A stretch of 63,326 bases of DNA from an uncultured Syntrophobacterales bacterium (GTDB taxonomy: Bacteria > Desulfobacterota > Desulfobaccia > Desulfobaccales > 0-14-0-80-60-11), in NCBI GenBank assembly GCA_965602785.1, contig CBFDAH010000002.1, positions 1 to 63,326 on the forward strand, in the 5' to 3' direction. The notes under the pieces were generated by a model. The model was given only the letters and a program-made list of their open reading frames with translations, had not been told where the DNA came from and did no database searches. A program made the translations under genes and the position numbers. Positions 8,182 through 17,527 of the stretch are shown piece by piece (position 1 is the stretch's first letter; each line of letters starts with the position of its first letter).

Positions 8182-10164
8182 ATGTATATGGCGAAGACTA
8201 TTGTGGAGCAGGTGATGGAGGCGCATCTGGTCTCCGGAGAGCTGGTGCCCGGAACGGAAGTGGCCCTCAAGATTGACCACACCCTGACCCAGGACGCCAC
8301 CGGGACGCTGGCGTATCTCGAATTTGAGGCCATGGGGGTGGACCGGGCCAGGCCCGAAGTGGCGGTGAGTTATGTGGACCACAACCTCCTCCAGACGGAC
8401 TTTCGCAATGCCGACGACCACCGCTATCTCAGAAGCATTGCAGCCCGCTATGGCCTGTATTTTTCTCCGGCGGGGACTGGCATCTGCCATCAGGTGCACT
8501 TGGAGCGCTTCAGCGCGCCGGGAAAAACCCTCATCGGGTCGGACAGCCACACCCCCACCGCCGGGGGCGCCGGCATGTTGGCCTTCGGCGCCGGCGGCCT
8601 GGACGTGGCCCTGGCCCTGGCCGGTCAGCCGTTTTACCTGGTCATGCCTGAAGTCCTGGGTGTTCGCCTTACCGGGCGTTTCCCCGCCTGGGTCTCTGCC
8701 AAAGACGTGATCCTGGAGCTTTTACGCCGCCTCACGGTGAAAGGGGGGGTGGGCAAAATCCTGGAGTATTTCGGACCAGCCCTGCGCCATCTGTCGGTGC
8801 CGGAGCGGGCCACCATCACCAACATGGGTGCGGAATTGGGGGCCACCACTTCGATTTTCCCTTCGGATGCCCAGACGCAAAAATTTCTGGCTCTTCAGGG
8901 CCGGGAAAAGGACTGGCGGCCCCTCAAGGCCCAGGGGCGCCCCGGCTATGCCGACGTCTATGAGATTGACCTGACCCAGTTAGAGCCTTTGACCGCCTGT
9001 CCCAGTTCCCCGGATAAGGTGGTGCCGGTGCGGGAGGTGGAAGGTCTCCCGGTGGAACAGGTGCTCATCGGCTCCTGTGCCAACTCCTCCTGGCGGGACC
9101 TCATGGTGGTGGCCCGAGCCCTCAAGGGCCGGCAGGTGCATCCCCGGGTGAGTCTGGAGATCAACCCCGGCTCTCGTCAGGTCCTGGAGAACCTGACCCT
9201 GGCCGGTGGGCTTCTTCCCCTCCTCGAAGCGGGGGCCCGGATCATGCCCCCCGGCTGTTGGGGCTGCATCGGCATGGGCCAGGCCCCGGCCACCGGTGGA
9301 GTGAGCGTACGGACTTTCACCCGGAATTTCCCGGGGCGCAGCGGCACCAAGGGCGACCAGGTGTATCTTGCCACCCCGGAAAGCGCGGTGGCCGCAGCCA
9401 TATACGGGGAGATCACCGATCCTCGCCGGTTAGGGGATTATCCCCGCATCGGCACCCCCCGCTATTATCTGGTGGATGGCCGCCAGCTCATGCCGCCGCC
9501 TTCCTCCGGTGAGCCCGTGGAGGAGGTGCTAAGAGGCCCCAACATTGTGCCCTTCCCCCAGCTCTCGCCCCTCCCCGACACCTGGCGGGGGAAGGTGTGG
9601 TTGAAGGCCGGTGACAATGTCACTACTGACGACATTATGCCGGCGGGGAGTGAGATCCTGCCCCTGAGGAGCAATCTCCCGGCCATCAGCCAGTATGCCT
9701 TCTCCCGCATCGATCCCCGGTTTGTCCAACGGGTGCAGGAACAGGCGGAATTGGTATGGGAGGAAGACAAGCTGCTCAAGGAAGGCGCGGTGGTGGGCGG
9801 AGAAAACTACGGCCAGGGCTCCTCACGGGAACATGCCGCGCTGGCCCCCCGGTTTCTGGGCGTCCGGGTGAAACTGGCGAAAGGCTTCGCCCGCATCCAT
9901 CTGGCCAACTTGATCAACTTCGGCATCCTGCCCCTCACCTTCGAGGACCCCGAGGACTATCACCACCTCCATGAGGACCAGATTCTGGAGCTGCCCGAGG
10001 TGCGGGACCGTCTGCTCGGGGGGGACGAACGCCTGCCCCTCCAGATTTTGGGTCCCGACGGAAAATCGGACCGGGAAATCTGGTTTAAAGTTGACTTCTC
10101 TTCCCGCCAGCGACAGATACTGGCCCTGGGCGGCGCCCTGAACCTGGCGAGGGGGGAAGAGTGA
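8182..10164 (+). CDS. Aconitate hydratase (about 650-aa aconitase-family protein)
   Basis: Fe-S ligand motifs GSDSHT, GSCANSS and CWGCIG, plus a C-terminal swivel domain (GENYGQGSSREHAA). The start could be 8182 or 8188; the track ORF starts at 8155. Confidence 0.85.
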   Translation: MYMAKTIVEQVMEAHLVSGELVPGTEVALKIDHTLTQDATGTLAYLEFEAMGVDRARPEVAVSYVDHNLLQTDFRNADDHRYLRSIAARYGLYFSPAGTGICHQVHLERFSAPGKTLIGSDSHTPTAGGAGMLAFGAGGLDVALALAGQPFYLVMPEVLGVRLTGRFPAWVSAKDVILELLRRLTVKGGVGKILEYFGPALRHLSVPERATITNMGAELGATTSIFPSDAQTQKFLALQGREKDWRPLKAQGRPGYADVYEIDLTQLEPLTACPSSPDKVVPVREVEGLPVEQVLIGSCANSSWRDLMVVARALKGRQVHPRVSLEINPGSRQVLENLTLAGGLLPLLEAGARIMPPGCWGCIGMGQAPATGGVSVRTFTRNFPGRSGTKGDQVYLATPESAVAAAIYGEITDPRRLGDYPRIGTPRYYLVDGRQLMPPPSSGEPVEEVLRGPNIVPFPQLSPLPDTWRGKVWLKAGDNVTTDDIMPAGSEILPLRSNLPAISQYAFSRIDPRFVQRVQEQAELVWEEDKLLKEGAVVGGENYGQGSSREHAALAPRFLGVRVKLAKGFARIHLANLINFGILPLTFEDPEDYHHLHEDQILELPEVRDRLLGGDERLPLQILGPDGKSDREIWFKVDFSSRQRQILALGGALNLARGEE

Positions 10165-10390
10165 AGGATGGTGGGGGAGGAGAGCAGGAGAGCAGGAGAG
10201 TAAAGGATTGTGGGGGAGGGGCCAGGGAGCAAGCCCCCTGCCCCTCCCCCACACCCCCTCCCCAACCCCGTACACAGTGTATGGTGGGCACCGCACACCA
10301 TCAATAAAATCGTAATGGATTTTATGGTGGGCAATGCCCACCCGACACATAGTTATCTCCCTGGTTCCCAAGCTCCTGCTTGGGAAAGAG
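10165..10390. repeat. Cluster of short repeats and hairpins in the aconitase-ALDH gap
   Basis: An 8-bp unit GGAGAGCA repeated 3 times (10179-10202). A perfect 13-bp inverted repeat GTGGGGGAGGGGC/GCCCCTCCCCCAC (10210-10252). A GGTGGGC-AAT-GCCCACC hairpin near 10326-10343. The GTTCCCAAGCTCCTGCTTGGGAA unit at 10364-10386. Confidence 0.8.
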
Positions 10391-10418
10391 AGAAACGATT
10401 AGGAGTCTGATCAGGGTC

Positions 10419-11837
10419 ATGATCAAAAGCTGCTTTGTCAACAACATTTGGGTTGAAACAAAAGACCTCCTCTCCGTCATCTCCCCCTGGTCCGGGGAGG
10501 TGGTGGGGGAGGTCTCGTTGGCCGGGCCCAAGGAGTGGGACGCGGCCATGGTCGCGGCTGAGAAAGCCGCCGCGGTCCTGAGGAAATGGTCCAGCCAGGA
10601 GAGGCGGCAACTCCTGGAGGGCATGGCCGCGGGTGTGAGGGCCCGCCGGGATGAGTTCGTCCAGACCATCGTGGCCGAAGGAGGCAAGCCCGTCACCTAT
10701 GCCCGGGCGGAAATGGCCCGAGGGGTGACGACGCTGACCCTGGCCGCGGAAGAGGCGGCCCGGATCGGGGGGGAAGTGCTTCCCCTGGACCTGAGCCAGG
10801 CCACCACCGGACGTTGGGGCATCACCCGGCGCTTCCCGGTGGGCCCGGTCCTGGGGATTGCTCCTTTCAATTTCCCGTTTAATCTCTTAGCCCACAAGGT
10901 GGGACCCGCCTTAGCGGCCGGGAACCCCATCATTATCAAGCCCGCGTCGGCCACGCCCCTCACCGCGCTCAGGCTGGCCGAAGTCTACCAGGAGGCCGGG
11001 GGGCCGCCGGGGGGACTGCAGGTGCTCCCGAGCACCGTGGACCTGGCGGAACGGGCCGTTTCCGACGACCGCCTCAAGGTGCTTTCTTTTACCGGCAGCG
11101 CTGAGGTGGGCTGGCATCTGAAAACCCGGGCCGGCCGGAAAAAGGTAATCCTGGAGCTGGGGGGAAATGCCGCCTGCATCATCGATGCGGATGCGGACCT
11201 GAAGTATGCGGCTCACCGCACTGCCATCGGGGCTTTTGCGCATGCCGGCCAGGTATGCATCGCGGTGCAGCGGGTATTGGTGCACCAAGACATTTACGAG
11301 GCATTCACCAGGATTTTCCTTAAGACCATCGCCCGGGAGATCGCCCACGGCGACCCGGCCCGGGGGGAAACCGTGGTGGGGCCGTTCATCAATGCAGCCG
11401 CGGCGGAGAAGGTGCGGGCCTGGGTGACCGAGGCCCTGGAGGGCGGCGCCGAGCTTCTCACCGGCGGCCTGGGGGAGGGGAATATCATGCCCCCCACCGT
11501 TCTCACAGGTGTGAGCCGGGATATGAAGGTCTGGCGGGAGGAAATCTTCGGACCGGTGGCCACCCTGACGCCCTGCCATGACTTCCCGGAGGCCCTGGAC
11601 CTGGCCAACGACTCGGTTTACGGCCTCCAGGCAGGGGTCTTTACGAATAATCTCGCCCATACCTGGCAAGCCTTTGAGACCCTCGAGGTGGGGGCCGTCA
11701 TCGTCAACGACGCGCCCGTGTTCCGGCTGGACCACATGCCCTACGGCGGCGTTAAAGCCTCGGGCCTGGGCCGGGAAGGGGTGCGCTACGCGGTGGAGGA
11801 ACTCACCGAGGTGCGCCTGTTAGCCTTGAAAACTTGA
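10419..11837 (+). CDS. NAD(P)-dependent aldehyde dehydrogenase (GapN/succinate-semialdehyde-DH-like)
   Basis: ELGGNAA plus the catalytic Cys context HAGQVCIAV, and EEIFGPV. I prefer the ATG at 10419, because the track's TTG at 10380 lies inside a repeat unit. Confidence 0.85.
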   Translation: MIKSCFVNNIWVETKDLLSVISPWSGEVVGEVSLAGPKEWDAAMVAAEKAAAVLRKWSSQERRQLLEGMAAGVRARRDEFVQTIVAEGGKPVTYARAEMARGVTTLTLAAEEAARIGGEVLPLDLSQATTGRWGITRRFPVGPVLGIAPFNFPFNLLAHKVGPALAAGNPIIIKPASATPLTALRLAEVYQEAGGPPGGLQVLPSTVDLAERAVSDDRLKVLSFTGSAEVGWHLKTRAGRKKVILELGGNAACIIDADADLKYAAHRTAIGAFAHAGQVCIAVQRVLVHQDIYEAFTRIFLKTIAREIAHGDPARGETVVGPFINAAAAEKVRAWVTEALEGGAELLTGGLGEGNIMPPTVLTGVSRDMKVWREEIFGPVATLTPCHDFPEALDLANDSVYGLQAGVFTNNLAHTWQAFETLEVGAVIVNDAPVFRLDHMPYGGVKASGLGREGVRYAVEELTEVRLLALKT

Positions 11838-11963
11838 GGGGAAGGTCGGGGGAGGGAGAATCACCCTCTTGGGCCCGGCAAGCCATGCCCCGACCATCTC
11901 CTGTTAACTCATCATGGTCAGGCAGAACATCTGAAATCCCACGGGAGGTTAATAAGAAAAACT

Positions 11964-12014
11964 GTAGCCACAGGCTTTAGCCTGCGCCAGCACAGGCAGG
12001 AAGCTTGTGCCCCT
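11964..12014 (+). repeat. Copy of the GTAGCC(G/A)CAGGCTTTAGCCTGCG hairpin unit with its 3' extension
   Basis: The same about 50-nt unit also occurs at 25710, 27650 and 62598, all in the same orientation. Confidence 0.8.
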
Positions 12015-12100
12015 GAAAAGCGGCATTGGGGGAGGAGGCCAAGGGGGGCCACAAGGGAGGATACCCGCCACTAGCCCCTGCCTCTTCCCGTAACACTTTC

Positions 12101-12610
12101 TCACAACCGCACCAGGCGGTTCTTCACTAAACGATAGTGCCAGCTGGTGTGCACCGTGGGGCAGCAGGCCGGGTCGTTGGGACCGTGGACCTTCATCCGG
12201 ACGGTAATGATCCCTGTTTGGATGGCCAAGGATTTGACCACTACCCGGTCTCCCAAGTCCGTCGAAGCCGCCTGTCGCGGTTTTCCCCCATCGTTTAGCA
12301 TAACGGCCAGGATGAAGAAAGAGCCGCTCCCGCCGGTATTGGCCACCAAAATCACCGCGGCATCATCGGCGCCGTCCCCGTTCAGATCCCCCAGGGCATA
12401 TTCGATCAGGCTCACCATGAGGAAGTCTTCCGGCTGCTTCTGGTTGAAAGCGCCATTGAGCAGGGTAACCCGGCGACTCTCCTCGAACAGGTCGATCCGG
12501 TAGGTCCCGTTGAGAAGGGCCTGGGGCGTAAGGGCTGCCGATTGACCATGCACTGTGGCTGCGGCCAGAACCAGCCAAAGGCTGAAAGTCAGAAAAAAAA
12601 GACGTGCCAT
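12101..12610 (-). CDS. Secreted hypothetical protein
   Basis: Signal peptide MARLFFLTFSLWLVLAAATVHG, a DLNGDGADDAAV motif (FG-GAP/Ca-binding-like) and a paired CC near the C-terminus. Confidence 0.6.
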   Translation of the reverse strand: MARLFFLTFSLWLVLAAATVHGQSAALTPQALLNGTYRIDLFEESRRVTLLNGAFNQKQPEDFLMVSLIEYALGDLNGDGADDAAVILVANTGGSGSFFILAVMLNDGGKPRQAASTDLGDRVVVKSLAIQTGIITVRMKVHGPNDPACCPTVHTSWHYRLVKNRLVRL

Positions 12611-12691
12611 ATTGTTCCCCTGATGGAAGTATGAGTTAATGCTCGCCTGGCGGGGGATCTTTTGAGGATCCCGAGAGAGCAAAAAAAATTA

Positions 12692-12961
12692 ACGCTTATG
12701 CCCTTAGCTCCGACCTATCCCTGAGAGACTGCCTTCCCCCTCACCCCAACCCTCTCCCCCATTGGGGGAGAGGGAAAAAGGCAGGAACTCGAGCCTGGGC
12801 CTGGCTCCCCATAAGCTCTTCTCCCTATCCCCCCGTCTGCGGGGGGAGAGGGTTGGGGTGAGGGGGGCGACACCTGAAGAAGGTTCCATTCAGGCTCGTT
12901 AACCTTAAAAAGTCCAGGTTTGCCTCTGCCAAGCTGTTTTCGGATCTAAAGACATAAGCGA
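12692..12961 (+). mobile_element. MITE copy 1 (about 270 bp; imperfect terminal inverted repeats of about 21 bp)
   Basis: Ends are ACGCTTATGCCCTTAGCTCCG ... CGGATCTAAAGACATAAGCGA. The core is a long GC-rich palindrome. It aligns along its full length with the reverse complement of 60234-60502. Confidence 0.8.
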
Positions 12962-13109
12962 TAAATATTTTTTTGATTTTAACAAGGAGCCGATAGGAAA
13001 GGTCAGAAAAAGAAAAGAGGGACTGGACGGAGGGCCTAGCCCCTAAGGGTTACTGACCAGCCGGAGTGTTTGGCCTTGGAACCGGAAAGACGGTAACGAA
13101 GTGGTCATG

Positions 13110-13361
13110 TTACTGAAAATACTTTTCTTTTAACACCGGGGGTTTGAACTCCATGCCCCGCAGGAGCCAGACCGGGACGGTGGCCAGGACACCGGGGCTG
13201 GCTTCTCCGAAGGCTTCGGAGTGACAAGAATGGAACAAAGTTACCGGAGAATTAAAATTTTTCGCCAACTCTACGACAGCAGGGAGGACTTTCGCCGCCA
13301 GGTCGGAACCATCCAGCGGAACTAATATGTTGGTAAACATGACATCCTCCACAACTGGCAA
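13110..13361 (-). pseudogene. Truncated universal stress protein (UspA-like N-terminal fragment)
   Basis: MFTNILVPLDGSDLAAKVLPAVVELAKNFNSPVTLFH is a typical USP N-terminus. The ORF stops after about 80 aa, whereas the family is about 140-150 aa, and it lacks the C-terminal G-x2-G-x9-G(S/T) region. Confidence 0.45.
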
Positions 13362-13465
13362 GGTAATTCAACTGCCCGCAAGCCTGAAGGGCTTTACCTA
13401 TAAATTAAGTCCAGTCGGGGAATGTCAATGGCCGGATATTGAAAGTAGGAGCTTGAAATCACGGT

Positions 13466-14509
13466 CTAATAATCGTCTGGAGGGGAGTTTTCCGGGTCTT
13501 CCTCCGGGGGGGCGGTGGGGCGATAGAGACGGCGACCCAAGAGCCGATGGTAGCTGGTGAAATCGCCCTCGCTGGCATCGGTCTCGAGGTGCCGGTGGGC
13601 CATGTGTAACTTGGAGTCCAGGTCGTCCAGGTAATAGACCAGGAAGGCTTCGGGGGTTTTGGGGAGCACCGGGGAGCCGAATTCTTCGAAGCCGTGATGG
13701 GCAATGATGATGTGCTCGAGCTCCATCAACAACTGGTCATCGGGGAAATCCATGGCCCGGGCTTCCTCCCGCACCATGTCCCAGCCCAGGACGATGTGGC
13801 CCAGCAACCCGCCGGGAATCGACCGTTTGGGACAGTTGGGATCGGCCAACTCCTTGATTTTACCCACATCATGAAGGATGGCGCCGGCCAGCACGAGATC
13901 GGCCTTGAGGTCAGGGTAGACCTCCACCGAGCGTAGGGCGTGGCGGACTACGGACCAGGTATGCTCGAGGAGACCGCCGAAATAGGCATGGTGGACGAAT
14001 TCCGCGCCGGGCCATTCGAGGAACTGGGTTTGATATTTTAGGAGAACGGCTAACACCAGATCGTGCAGCGGGGGGCGAATGTGCGCCTCGATGAGTTCCA
14101 GGAGATCCTGCCACATCTCCTCACGATTATAGAGGGTGGCGGGAATGAGAAGTTCGGGATCAAAATCCTGGAGGGGACGGCCTTTGGCCCGGAGTCGGTC
14201 CACCGTGTCGATAAAGTCAAGGGTTACCTGGGGGGCCCGTTGATAGGCTTTCACCTCGCCGGTTACGGCGACGAAGTTGCATTCGGCCAGAGGGCCGGAG
14301 CATTTGAGCAAGGCTTCCTCCCAAGCCTTTCCCTTGATGGTGCCGCTCCGGTCCGCCAGCACCAAGTCCAGATAGGGTTTGCCCTCTCTGGTACGGCGGC
14401 TTTCCACCCGACGCAGGAGGAAAAATTGTTTCAGGGTGTCACCCTCTCTCAGGTCGATGATGAACCGATGGGACAAAGCAGAGCCTCCAGGGAGCATTGG
14501 CGGCATCAT
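13466..14509 (-). CDS. OB-fold plus HD-domain 3'-5' exoribonuclease, YhaM-like
   Basis: An N-terminal OB fold, then HD motifs ILHDVGK and IIAHHGFEEFGSPVLPKTPEA. Confidence 0.8.
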   Translation of the reverse strand: MMPPMLPGGSALSHRFIIDLREGDTLKQFFLLRRVESRRTREGKPYLDLVLADRSGTIKGKAWEEALLKCSGPLAECNFVAVTGEVKAYQRAPQVTLDFIDTVDRLRAKGRPLQDFDPELLIPATLYNREEMWQDLLELIEAHIRPPLHDLVLAVLLKYQTQFLEWPGAEFVHHAYFGGLLEHTWSVVRHALRSVEVYPDLKADLVLAGAILHDVGKIKELADPNCPKRSIPGGLLGHIVLGWDMVREEARAMDFPDDQLLMELEHIIIAHHGFEEFGSPVLPKTPEAFLVYYLDDLDSKLHMAHRHLETDASEGDFTSYHRLLGRRLYRPTAPPEEDPENSPPDDY

Positions 14510-14623
14510 ACTGATAAACCGTGAACGCGGTCAAGGGAGTTTATCCACTAGAGACTGCTTGACAATGCCAAAAGGGTAATTATTTTATTTCCGTAAGAAA
14601 AAATTGCAGTTGGCAGTTTTTTC

Positions 14624-14651
14624 TTGACAATACAACGGTAAAAAGTAAAAT
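14624..14651 (+). promoter_or_regulatory. Sigma-70-type promoter candidate for the sigma factor gene
   Basis: TTGACA (14624-14629), a 16-nt spacer, then TAAAAT (14646-14651), in an AT-rich gap. Confidence 0.5.
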
Positions 14652-14693
14652 AATCTTTTTAATTTTTTACCGCTATGAGGTTGCCGAAAAGGC

Positions 14694-16004
14694 ATGAAAC
14701 CCATGGAAAAAGAATACCTTAAAAAGTTTTTGGAGATCAACGGCCCCAAAGAGCCCCTCATCTCCTACAAGAAGTTTTCCATAATGACTCAGGGAGAAGA
14801 GGGAAAATCCCGAAACTTTCGGGAAAGCTACGATCTGTCCAGGGACGAGGAACTGGAAGTCACCGAACAGCTCCATGGCACCCCGTATGGTTCGGACGAA
14901 GAGTCCCCCGAAAGTGAGACGGAAGAAGAACTGGAAGCCGAAGAAATCCCGGAGCACGAGGGCCTGGTGGCTGCCTATTTCCGGGAAATGTTGAAATATG
15001 CCATTTTATCCCCAGAGGAAGAACGGGAACTGGGGCGCATTATCAAACATGGTCAGGAAGGTGTCCTGCAGTTGGTCCTGGCGTCCGACTCCGATCTGGA
15101 GGAAATGACCTATCTGCAGAGGAAAGTGCGGCAGTGGTTTGCAACTCCCGAGAAGAGCGCCCAGGCTAAGGAGAAGCTCTTCCGCCTGATTCATCAGACC
15201 ATCAAGCGCCTTATGAAGTTGTATCCGGACAATAAGGAGCTCAAAGACCTGTCGGTTCGCATCAAGTTTACCGAGTCCGAGGTCACCAAGGCCCGGGATA
15301 AGATGATCAAGGCCAACCTGCGCCTGGTGGTGAGCATTGCCAAAAAATATCTCCATCGGGGTTTGACCTTTTCCGACCTCATTCAGGAGGGCAACCTGGG
15401 CCTCATGAAAGCGGTGACCCGGTACGACTATACCACCGGCTACCGTTTGAGCACCTTCGCGTCCTGGTGGATTCGCCAGACCATCACCCGGGCCATTTAC
15501 GACAAGACCCGGACTATCCGTATCCCGGTGCACCTCCAGGAGATCCGCAACCGCTGCTATCGAGCCTTCTATGACCTCCTGAAGGAGCTGGGGCGGGAGC
15601 CCAATTTGAAGGAAATTTCCGAGCGCTCCGGCGTGCCTGAGGATAAGATTCTCATGGTCACCAACCTGTCGGATGAGCTCATCAGCCTGGAAACCCCGGT
15701 GGGTGACGAAGGGGACCGTTTGGGGGATTTCATTCGCAACGACAAGGCGGTTTCTCCCTACGAGGACATTCTGGAATCCGAACTCACGGAGAAGACCTCC
15801 TTCATCCTTAACACCCTGACCCAGCGGGAAGAGAAAATCATGAAAATGCGCTTCGGCATCGGAGAGGAAGTGGAACATACCCTGGAGGAGATCGGCCGGG
15901 CCTTCAAGGTCTCCCGGGAGCGCATCCGTCAGATCGAAAAGAAGGCCCTGAAGCGTCTCAAACACCCCACCCGTAAGGCGGCGTTGGAGGACTTTCTGGA
16001 ATAA
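14694..16004 (+). CDS. RNA polymerase sigma-70 family factor (RpoD-like, group 1/2)
   Basis: Acidic N-terminus, region 2 DLIQEGNLGLMKAVTRYDY and STFASWWIRQ, and region 4 TLEEIGRAFKVSRERIRQIEKKAL. Confidence 0.9.
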   Translation: MKPMEKEYLKKFLEINGPKEPLISYKKFSIMTQGEEGKSRNFRESYDLSRDEELEVTEQLHGTPYGSDEESPESETEEELEAEEIPEHEGLVAAYFREMLKYAILSPEEERELGRIIKHGQEGVLQLVLASDSDLEEMTYLQRKVRQWFATPEKSAQAKEKLFRLIHQTIKRLMKLYPDNKELKDLSVRIKFTESEVTKARDKMIKANLRLVVSIAKKYLHRGLTFSDLIQEGNLGLMKAVTRYDYTTGYRLSTFASWWIRQTITRAIYDKTRTIRIPVHLQEIRNRCYRAFYDLLKELGREPNLKEISERSGVPEDKILMVTNLSDELISLETPVGDEGDRLGDFIRNDKAVSPYEDILESELTEKTSFILNTLTQREEKIMKMRFGIGEEVEHTLEEIGRAFKVSRERIRQIEKKALKRLKHPTRKAALEDFLE

Positions 16005-16059
16005 ACGGAAGGGCCCCGGCTTTCGGTGGCCCTAAAATTTACTCTTAACAGGAGCTAGC

Positions 16060-16446
16060 ATGGCAGGACCGACCCCAGAGAGACTGACAGAGGTGAAGGA
16101 GCGACTCCTGGACCGCAAGCGGCGTCTCTGGCAAGAAGTCAAGGATAGGCTCAAAAGCAATATCGGCGATGACTACCAGGAAATGCTGTCAACCGCCCGG
16201 GACGAGGAGGACCAGGCCGCGGTGAGTCTGTTGGCCGAAACGCATCTCAGCCTTTTAGGCCCGAAGCGGATGGAACTGGAGGCCATTGAAGAGGCTCTCC
16301 TGCGCCTGGAGCAGGGCACCTACGGGATGTGCGAATCCTGCGGCCAGGCTATCGGACCCAAGCGCCTGGAAGTGATGCCTGAAACCCCCTTTTGCCGGGA
16401 CTGCATGTCTATGAAAGAAAAACTCGCCAAAGCTGCGGCGCGCTAG
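16060..16446 (+). CDS. DksA/TraR-family C4 zinc-finger protein
   Basis: A coiled-coil followed by CESCGQAIGPKRLEVMPETPFCRDC. Confidence 0.8.
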   Translation: MAGPTPERLTEVKERLLDRKRRLWQEVKDRLKSNIGDDYQEMLSTARDEEDQAAVSLLAETHLSLLGPKRMELEAIEEALLRLEQGTYGMCESCGQAIGPKRLEVMPETPFCRDCMSMKEKLAKAAAR

Positions 16447-16473
16447 CGGAATCTAATAAACTAAAGAGTAAAA

Positions 16474-16509
16474 GGGCGGGAGGCCTGGTGGCCTCCCGCC
16501 CTTTTTTTT
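16474..16509 (+). terminator. Strong rho-independent terminator
   Basis: GGGCGGGAGGCC-TGGT-GGCCTCCCGCCC followed by T8. Confidence 0.8.
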
Positions 16510-16662
16510 CCTGTGAGGGGAGGGCCAGGAGGGAACACAACTTCCTCCTCTCCCCCCTCCCCCCTGTAGAGGCTGGATTCATCAAGCCCTGAGGGCGCCA
16601 TGAATTGCGCCCCTACGGCATGGGCTTCCAGCCCCTAGGAACCCCCTCCCCCAAAAAATCCA

Positions 16663-17466
16663 TTACAGTCGCCGATGCCCCAGGCAGGGCATTTCTCGGC
16701 GGAGGCGGGAGAGGCGGTCGTGGTCGAGTTTTGCCATGATGATGCCCTCGGCGTCAGAGGCCTGGGCCAGGATGGTGCCCCAGGGGTCCACGATGAGGGA
16801 GCGGCCGTAGCTCACGCGGCCCGGCGAATGTTGGCCGAGCTGGGCCGGAGCGATGAGGTAGGCCTGGTTTTCAATGGCTCGGGCCCGCACGAGTACCTCC
16901 CAGTGGTCCCGGCCGGTGGTAAGGGTAAACGCGGCGGGGAGAAGTATCAGATCCGCACCCCGGGCCGCCAAAGCCCGGAAGAGTTCGGGAAAGCGCAGGT
17001 CATAGCAGATGGTGAGCCCGGCCGTGAAGGGAGTGCCGGGAAGGGGGACGGTGACCACCTCGCTGCCGCCCTGAACTACCCGGGATTCCTGGAAGCTGGG
17101 CCCCCTGGCCAGGTCCACGTCGAAGAGGTGGATTTTGCGGTACACGGCCAGGATGGCGCCGTCCGGGCCCAAAAGTACGCTGGTGTTGTACGGAGGTTTA
17201 TCCGGCTCGGTGGTTTCGGGGAAGGAGCCCAGGAGCAGGAAGATGCCGAGTTCTTTCGCCAGTTCCCCAAATTCCTGGACCAGGGGCCCCTGGAGGGGCT
17301 GGGCCGAGGGCGGGGTGTCGAGTTCCGGCCCCATGTAGGCAAAATTTTCGGGCAGCGCCACCAGGTCAGCCCCTCCCTTGGCGGCTTGGATGATGAACCC
17401 CCGGGCCCGGGACAGATTGCGGTCAACCTGCGCGGTTGAGGTAAGCTGGACGGCGGCAATCCACAT
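16663..17466 (-). CDS. Carbon-nitrogen hydrolase (nitrilase superfamily)
   Basis: The E-K-C catalytic contexts LVALPENFAY, YRKIHLFD and LTICYDLRFPE. Confidence 0.85.
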   Translation of the reverse strand: MWIAAVQLTSTAQVDRNLSRARGFIIQAAKGGADLVALPENFAYMGPELDTPPSAQPLQGPLVQEFGELAKELGIFLLLGSFPETTEPDKPPYNTSVLLGPDGAILAVYRKIHLFDVDLARGPSFQESRVVQGGSEVVTVPLPGTPFTAGLTICYDLRFPELFRALAARGADLILLPAAFTLTTGRDHWEVLVRARAIENQAYLIAPAQLGQHSPGRVSYGRSLIVDPWGTILAQASDAEGIIMAKLDHDRLSRLRREMPCLGHRRL

Positions 17467-17527
17467 AGTTTTGTAAAACCTCCCCTCTCTCTCACACGAT
17501 CAGGTGATGAGGCTTTCTGAAATGTGC

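Noticed and set aside
12704-12889. ORFs predicted across the MITEs and repeat clusters: 12704..12889, 60116..60448, 60293..60631, 25434..25748, 27533..27784, 62514..62810, 9823..10371 and 65..558.
   Set aside because: They are translations of palindromic repeat units. The same peptides appear on both strands, and the units recur in non-coding contexts.
15006-15965. Very long ORFs antisense to, or out of frame with, recognised genes. Examples are 15006..15965 (319 aa, inside the sigma factor gene), 41676..42572, 10911..11735, 26583..27368, 16675..17439, 23737..24417, 57240..58121, 35759..36475 and 52479..53189.
   Set aside because: Each lies wholly inside a gene with clear family motifs. Their translations are Arg/Gly/Pro-rich low-complexity sequence, as expected from stop-poor alternative frames in GC-rich DNA. 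None has a start context or a recognisable domain.
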